This document shows positions 59,636 through 64,000 of a stretch of 64,000 nt of DNA, one piece after another. The position numbers were made by a program, and so were the translations under genes. This stretch comes from a virus (Duplodnaviria > Caudoviricetes). How positions within the stretch are numbered: position 1 is the stretch's first letter; the number at the start of each line of letters is the position of its first letter. The stretch covers positions 1 to 64,000 of IMG/VR virus record IMGVR_UViG_3300011559_000001; one strand, given 5' to 3'. The notes below the pieces were generated by a model. That model did not search any database. It was not told the origin of the DNA and saw only the letters and a list, made by a program, of their open reading frames with translations.

Positions 59636-60345
59636 TGATGCAATCCCTCGGTGGTGATGACTTCGACCTCTCCCGTGAAGATGTGGAATTGCTGCACCAG
59701 CTGTATTACCACGCCAGCAACGGACCCAACGTCCATTACGGTTACGCGCGGTGTCGGGACGAACTGAACTTCCGTCACGATCACGAGGAGGTCAAGGCAC
59801 GGTTCAAGGATAATCGGCTGGTTGACATCGTACATATTGACCCGAGGGGTAAGGCCGCCGTCTCCGCCGGCGCCGTGGTGCAGAAAGCTCTGTCGAAACT
59901 GAAGTCCAACCAAGACTTCGTGCACGCCTTGGCCGCAAAACAGTACAAGATCGCCCCCTACCAGTTCCATGAGCTGTGGAAGAATCGTTGCTTCTTCAAC
60001 CAGCGCACCGCCCTCCACCGTGGCATGCCGTACTACCACACCGACTGGCACATCGGACCGCTCAACAGCCAGGCCCTGGAAGCCAAGTGGGCGCAGATTT
60101 ATCTGCACCTGGATGAGCGGGCTGAGACGCTCAGCGAGGACAACCCTTCCTTCAGCTACTGTTTCTACTTCGGCAGCGAGCCCGGTGGTGATCGGGGCGT
60201 GTTCGTGCGCATGCGCACCGGCGGCGCGGGCGACTACCGTGCACTGGCTGAGTGCGATCCGAAGTGGTACAAGGTGGCCCATGATTTGTTTGCGCAGCGC
60301 CACGATCAGGTTCGGCGTGTCTTGGTAGCAGAGCAAACGCTGTAA
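59635..60345 (+). CDS. hypothetical protein
   Basis: 236-aa ORF, terminator after. Confidence 0.65.
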   Translation: MMQSLGGDDFDLSREDVELLHQLYYHASNGPNVHYGYARCRDELNFRHDHEEVKARFKDNRLVDIVHIDPRGKAAVSAGAVVQKALSKLKSNQDFVHALAAKQYKIAPYQFHELWKNRCFFNQRTALHRGMPYYHTDWHIGPLNSQALEAKWAQIYLHLDERAETLSEDNPSFSYCFYFGSEPGGDRGVFVRMRTGGAGDYRALAECDPKWYKVAHDLFAQRHDQVRRVLVAEQTL

Positions 60346-60488
60346 GTCTACGGGACCCTTCGGGGTCCCGTATATGCCGGTCAGTTTTCTTTTATGTTCG
60401 ATGACGCGATTGTATGGAGAGAGAAATCCATCGCACTCCTCATCTCGCACTGAGGAGTTCCTGTACCAGACACAGGGGTTATCCACCC

Positions 60489-61307
60489 ATGGCAAAGCAA
60501 CAGAAGAAGCCCTCCCGGCGCCAACGCGAACAGCAAGATCTGACTGCTGCTCCCACTTTCGAACGTGCCAAGAAGTCGGCTCGCCTGCGTGCGACCGAGG
60601 CATGGGAACGAAAGGAAACGAAGCCGTTGACCTGTAAGTCCGATGCACAGCGCGATTACCTGCGCAGTCTCATCGAGAATCCGGTCACACTCGGCATCGG
60701 CCCGGCGGGTACTGGCAAGACCTATGTGTCCGTCAAGCATGCTGCCCAGGAAATGGACGCCGGTCGTATCGAACGCATCATCGTGGTGCGCCCGATCATC
60801 GAATCCGGTGGCGGCCTGGGCTTCCTGCCTGGCGATGAAGGCGAAAAGACTGCGCCCTACAAGGTGCCCTTCCTGGAGGTGCTCGAAGAGCACTACGGCA
60901 AGAGCCACCTGGAAGCCAAGATGAACTGCGCCCATCCCAAGATCATCTTCGTGCCGCCGGAGTTCATCCGCGGCCGCACGTTCAAGGATGCGTACATCAT
61001 CCTGGATGAAGCGCAGAACATGACCGTCGACCAGATGGAAACCTTCCTCACCCGTATCGGCACCGATGCGCGCTGCGTGATCCAGGGCGACCCGGTGCAG
61101 TGCGACCTGCGTGACAAGAAGGGCAACCGGCTCAAGAGCGGTCTGGACGACGCCATGGAGATCCTGGAAGGCATGGACGAGGTGGGTATCGTCCAGTTCA
61201 CGGTCGATGACATCGTTCGTTCGGGCTTCTGCAAGGCGGTGGCCATTCGCTACCACATGCGTCGCGAGCTGGCACAGAAGGCTGAAGCAGCCACTGCTGC
61301 CAAGTAA
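60489..61307 (+). CDS. phoH: PhoH-family ATPase
   Basis: GPAGTGKT, LGFLPG, RGRTF, ILDEAQN, LTRIG, GD..Q.D, DIVRS. Confidence 0.95.
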   Translation: MAKQQKKPSRRQREQQDLTAAPTFERAKKSARLRATEAWERKETKPLTCKSDAQRDYLRSLIENPVTLGIGPAGTGKTYVSVKHAAQEMDAGRIERIIVVRPIIESGGGLGFLPGDEGEKTAPYKVPFLEVLEEHYGKSHLEAKMNCAHPKIIFVPPEFIRGRTFKDAYIILDEAQNMTVDQMETFLTRIGTDARCVIQGDPVQCDLRDKKGNRLKSGLDDAMEILEGMDEVGIVQFTVDDIVRSGFCKAVAIRYHMRRELAQKAEAATAAK

Positions 61308-61376
61308 AACAAGTCCATGGAAGCCCCTCCCACCCAGATCGGTGGGAGGGGACGTATTTCCCGAATCGAGGTAGTT

Positions 61377-61637
61377 ATGCCCAAGACCCATTCCACATCG
61401 AAGATCGTCACCATCGCCATCTGCAACCACTGCAGCTGGTATCAGGACAAGGGCAGGATCTTCAAGAACAAGCACAGTATCAACAAGCCGGAGAGCCACT
61501 GCACGTCCTGTGGCCACAAAGCCAGCAAGCATCTGGTGCGCTACCACTACCAGCACCTGAGGGCGCTGTTTGGCCTGATCCCCTACAAGAAGGTGATTGG
61601 CTTCCAGAGCGAAGAGTTCGAACGCTGCGGTCTGTAA
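61377..61637 (+). CDS. small zinc-ribbon protein
   Basis: CNHC..CTSCG, GAGG RBS. Confidence 0.6.
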   Translation: MPKTHSTSKIVTIAICNHCSWYQDKGRIFKNKHSINKPESHCTSCGHKASKHLVRYHYQHLRALFGLIPYKKVIGFQSEEFERCGL

Positions 61638-61734
61638 CGGTTTACGCAGTGCCTTATCTTATGTAACACCCTCGATTCGGTCATTGCGAAAGCTCTGACC
61701 GAACGGTGTGCTGTCAAGTAAAAATGGACCCCAT

Positions 61735-61770
61735 AGGCCCTCTCCCCTAAGGGGAGAGGGGGTCTATTTT
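61735..61770 (+). terminator. intrinsic terminator
   Basis: CCCTCTCCCC-TAA-GGGGAGAGGG then TATTTT. Confidence 0.7.
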
Positions 61771-61995
61771 GTCGACTGATTTTTTGTTGCCTATTGTTAT
61801 GTGTAACAAGATTTTCTCTCGCTTGACGCACAGGCTGAAGGGTCCGTCCAACCGGTCTTCAGTCCTCAGACTTTGTGCCCTCTAAGCCTGACTGTAAAAA
61901 AATCCCCCGGGTGACTACGGTATGCACGCAACACCTTCTTACCCGATTTTCAGTGTGGCCACCCTCGCCCACAGCCCTTCGTTTTAGGATACCCA

Positions 61996-64000
61996 ATGAT
62001 CTCTTTCATCATCAAGCGCGACGGTAACGTCGAACCCTTCACCGCCGACAAGATCAACGGTTGGGGTGAATGGGCTGCCGAGACTCTCGGTAACACTGTC
62101 GACTGGACCAGCGTGGTAATGGAAACCGTGCGCGATCTGCCCGAGACCGCTCACAGCAACGACCTGCAGAACGCACTGATCAACAACTGCCTGAACAAGA
62201 ACAGCTGGTCCTACAACCGCATGGCCGGCCGCCTGTACGCCGCTCTGCTGCACAAGGACCTCTACGGCAAGCGCGAGACCATGCCGACGGTGGCCGAAGT
62301 CCACCAGACCCTGTTTGATGCCGGCTTCATGACCAAGCTGCGCTACAGTGCCGAAGACTACGCCGCTATCGAGAAGTTCATCAAGCACAAGCGCGACTTC
62401 GCCTACGCCCACTTCCAGCTGCACCACATCCGCTTCAAGTACGCCCTGCGCAACCGCATCAACAAGACGGAGATGGAAAGCCCGCAGTTCGTCTTCATGC
62501 GCATGGCCATGGCCCTGGCCGAGGACCGTCCGGCAGCGACCCGTCTGGAAGACGTACAGGCCTTCTACGACCTGTTCAGCCGCAACGTCATCAACGCCCC
62601 TACCCCCAACTACGTCAACCTGGGTACCAAGCACAACGGCTTTGCCAGCTGCTGCTTGATCACCAATTACGATACGGCCGCCTCGATTGGTATTGCCGAC
62701 CATATCGCCTACACCATGACCTACATGTCCGCCGGCATCGGTCACAACCTGCAGACCCGTTCGCTGAACGATCCGGTGCGTGGCGGTCTGATCGCCCACC
62801 AAGGCAAGTTCTTCTATCTGGATCGCCTGAAGGGCTCGATCCGTGCGAACCTGCAGAACGGCCGTGGTGGCGCTGCCACCGTGTACTACAACGCCTTCGA
62901 TCCGGAAGTGGACCTGCTGGCGCGTCTGAAGAATCCGATGACCCCGGTGGCCAAGCAGATCCGTGGTATGGATTACAACATGCTGGCCAACAAGTTCTTC
63001 GGCCGCAAGGTGGCTGCCAACGAACAGATGTTCGTCTTCAACTGCCACACCGCCCCGGACCTGTACGACGCCTTCTACTCCGATGACCTGCCGCGCTTTG
63101 AAGCGCTGTACGCCAAGTACGAAGCGGACGTCAAGTTCAAGAAGACCTACACCTCGGCCCGCGAAGTGGCCGTGACCGTACTGAACGAAGGCTACGAGAC
63201 CGGCCGAGCGTATCTGGGCTTTGCTGACGAGATCAACCGTCACACCCCGTACAAGGATCCGATCTATTCGTCCAACCTGTGCGCTGAGATCGTCGAGCCG
63301 ACCCGCGGCTACGAGCACATGATGGACTTGTACATCGCCAGCGACGTGGGCTACAACAAGTTCGTCACCAGCGAAGGCGTGGAAATGCGCCTGACCGTGT
63401 CCGACTCGATCCTGCTGGACAGCGGCCGCTACGGCTCGGGTCTGGACGCTCGTCCGGGCACGCGCTTCATGGACGCCAAGGGCGACTGGCACACCGTGGC
63501 CGAGCAGCTGGAGTTCAAGTACGAGCCGGAAGTGGCACTGTGCTCGCTGGCTGGCCTGGTGGTCACCAACATCAAGAACGATGAAGAGTACGAGCGTGCG
63601 ATGTACTACGCCCTGCTCATGATCGATGTGTGCATCCACAAGTCGCACTACGAGCTGCCGCACATTGGCCACACCGCCAAGGCGCGCATGGCCGCCGCCG
63701 TGGGCATGATGGATCTGGCGCACTATCTGGCTCGCAAGAAGCTCAAGTACTCCAGCCAAGCCGGCAAGGAAGAAATCCATCGGGTGGCCGAACGCCACAT
63801 GTACTTTGCAATCAAGTGCTCGCTGCGCTTGGGTAAGGAACTGGGTAATGCCCCGTGGATGCACCGCACCAAGTACGCCGATGGTTGGCTGCCGATTGAC
63901 ACCTACCAGAAGGCGGTGGACAAGATCGTCAACGTCCCGCTGCAGTACGACTGGGAAGCGCTGCGCGCCGACGTCAAGGAGAACCGCGGTATCCGCAACT
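61996..64000 (+). CDS. nrdA: class Ia ribonucleotide reductase alpha subunit (3'-truncated by window)
   Basis: N-terminal ATP-cone IIKRDG, PTP, FASCC, SSNLCAEI, VALCSL; open to the window end. Confidence 0.95.
   Translation, partial: MISFIIKRDGNVEPFTADKINGWGEWAAETLGNTVDWTSVVMETVRDLPETAHSNDLQNALINNCLNKNSWSYNRMAGRLYAALLHKDLYGKRETMPTVAEVHQTLFDAGFMTKLRYSAEDYAAIEKFIKHKRDFAYAHFQLHHIRFKYALRNRINKTEMESPQFVFMRMAMALAEDRPAATRLEDVQAFYDLFSRNVINAPTPNYVNLGTKHNGFASCCLITNYDTAASIGIADHIAYTMTYMSAGIGHNLQTRSLNDPVRGGLIAHQGKFFYLDRLKGSIRANLQNGRGGAATVYYNAFDPEVDLLARLKNPMTPVAKQIRGMDYNMLANKFFGRKVAANEQMFVFNCHTAPDLYDAFYSDDLPRFEALYAKYEADVKFKKTYTSAREVAVTVLNEGYETGRAYLGFADEINRHTPYKDPIYSSNLCAEIVEPTRGYEHMMDLYIASDVGYNKFVTSEGVEMRLTVSDSILLDSGRYGSGLDARPGTRFMDAKGDWHTVAEQLEFKYEPEVALCSLAGLVVTNIKNDEEYERAMYYALLMIDVCIHKSHYELPHIGHTAKARMAAAVGMMDLAHYLARKKLKYSSQAGKEEIHRVAERHMYFAIKCSLRLGKELGNAPWMHRTKYADGWLPIDTYQKAVDKIVNVPLQYDWEALRADVKENRGIRN

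Noticed and set aside
63300-63530. Possible intein in NrdA between NLCAEI and VALCSL
   Set aside because: The ~75-aa insert lacks the N-terminal Cys/Ser and C-terminal His-Asn intein motifs; it is likely an ordinary insertion.
61984-63864. 626-aa minus-strand ORF
   Set aside because: Shadow of nrdA on the + strand, which is missing from the ORF track only because it has no stop in the window.

Overview
A 64-kb, GC-rich, densely coding segment of a large lytic phage genome, most consistent with a phiKZ-like (Chimalliviridae-type) jumbo phage of a gammaproteobacterial host. Host and family are inferred, not proven. Recognisable genes: a tRNA cluster, DEDDh exoribonuclease, SNF2-type helicase, minus-strand virion proteins with S-x-E head-protease sites, SAM methyltransferase, embedded spanin pair, SspB, MazG-like and DUF4406 enzymes, dCTP deaminase, histidine phosphatase, SPFH lipoprotein, HD hydrolase, NAD+ DNA ligase, Ntn-hydrolase, RecJ, macrodomain, thioredoxin, PhoH and the start of NrdA. 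Many short hypothetical genes lie between UUCG-capped terminators. The most unusual signals are non-coding. (1) Several tRNA genes in the first 480 bp lack a normal anticodon loop. One tRNA-Gly body (181-325) carries a complete circularly permuted Arg-like tRNA in its anticodon arm, giving a 'two-headed' tRNA. A second Gly body (344-478) carries a YrlA-like tRNA-mimic module. A class-II tRNA body (59-169) has its anticodon replaced by a UUCG hairpin. (2) A ~630-nt intergenic region (22945-23585) folds by eye into more than 10 nested helices and looks like a large structured ncRNA.
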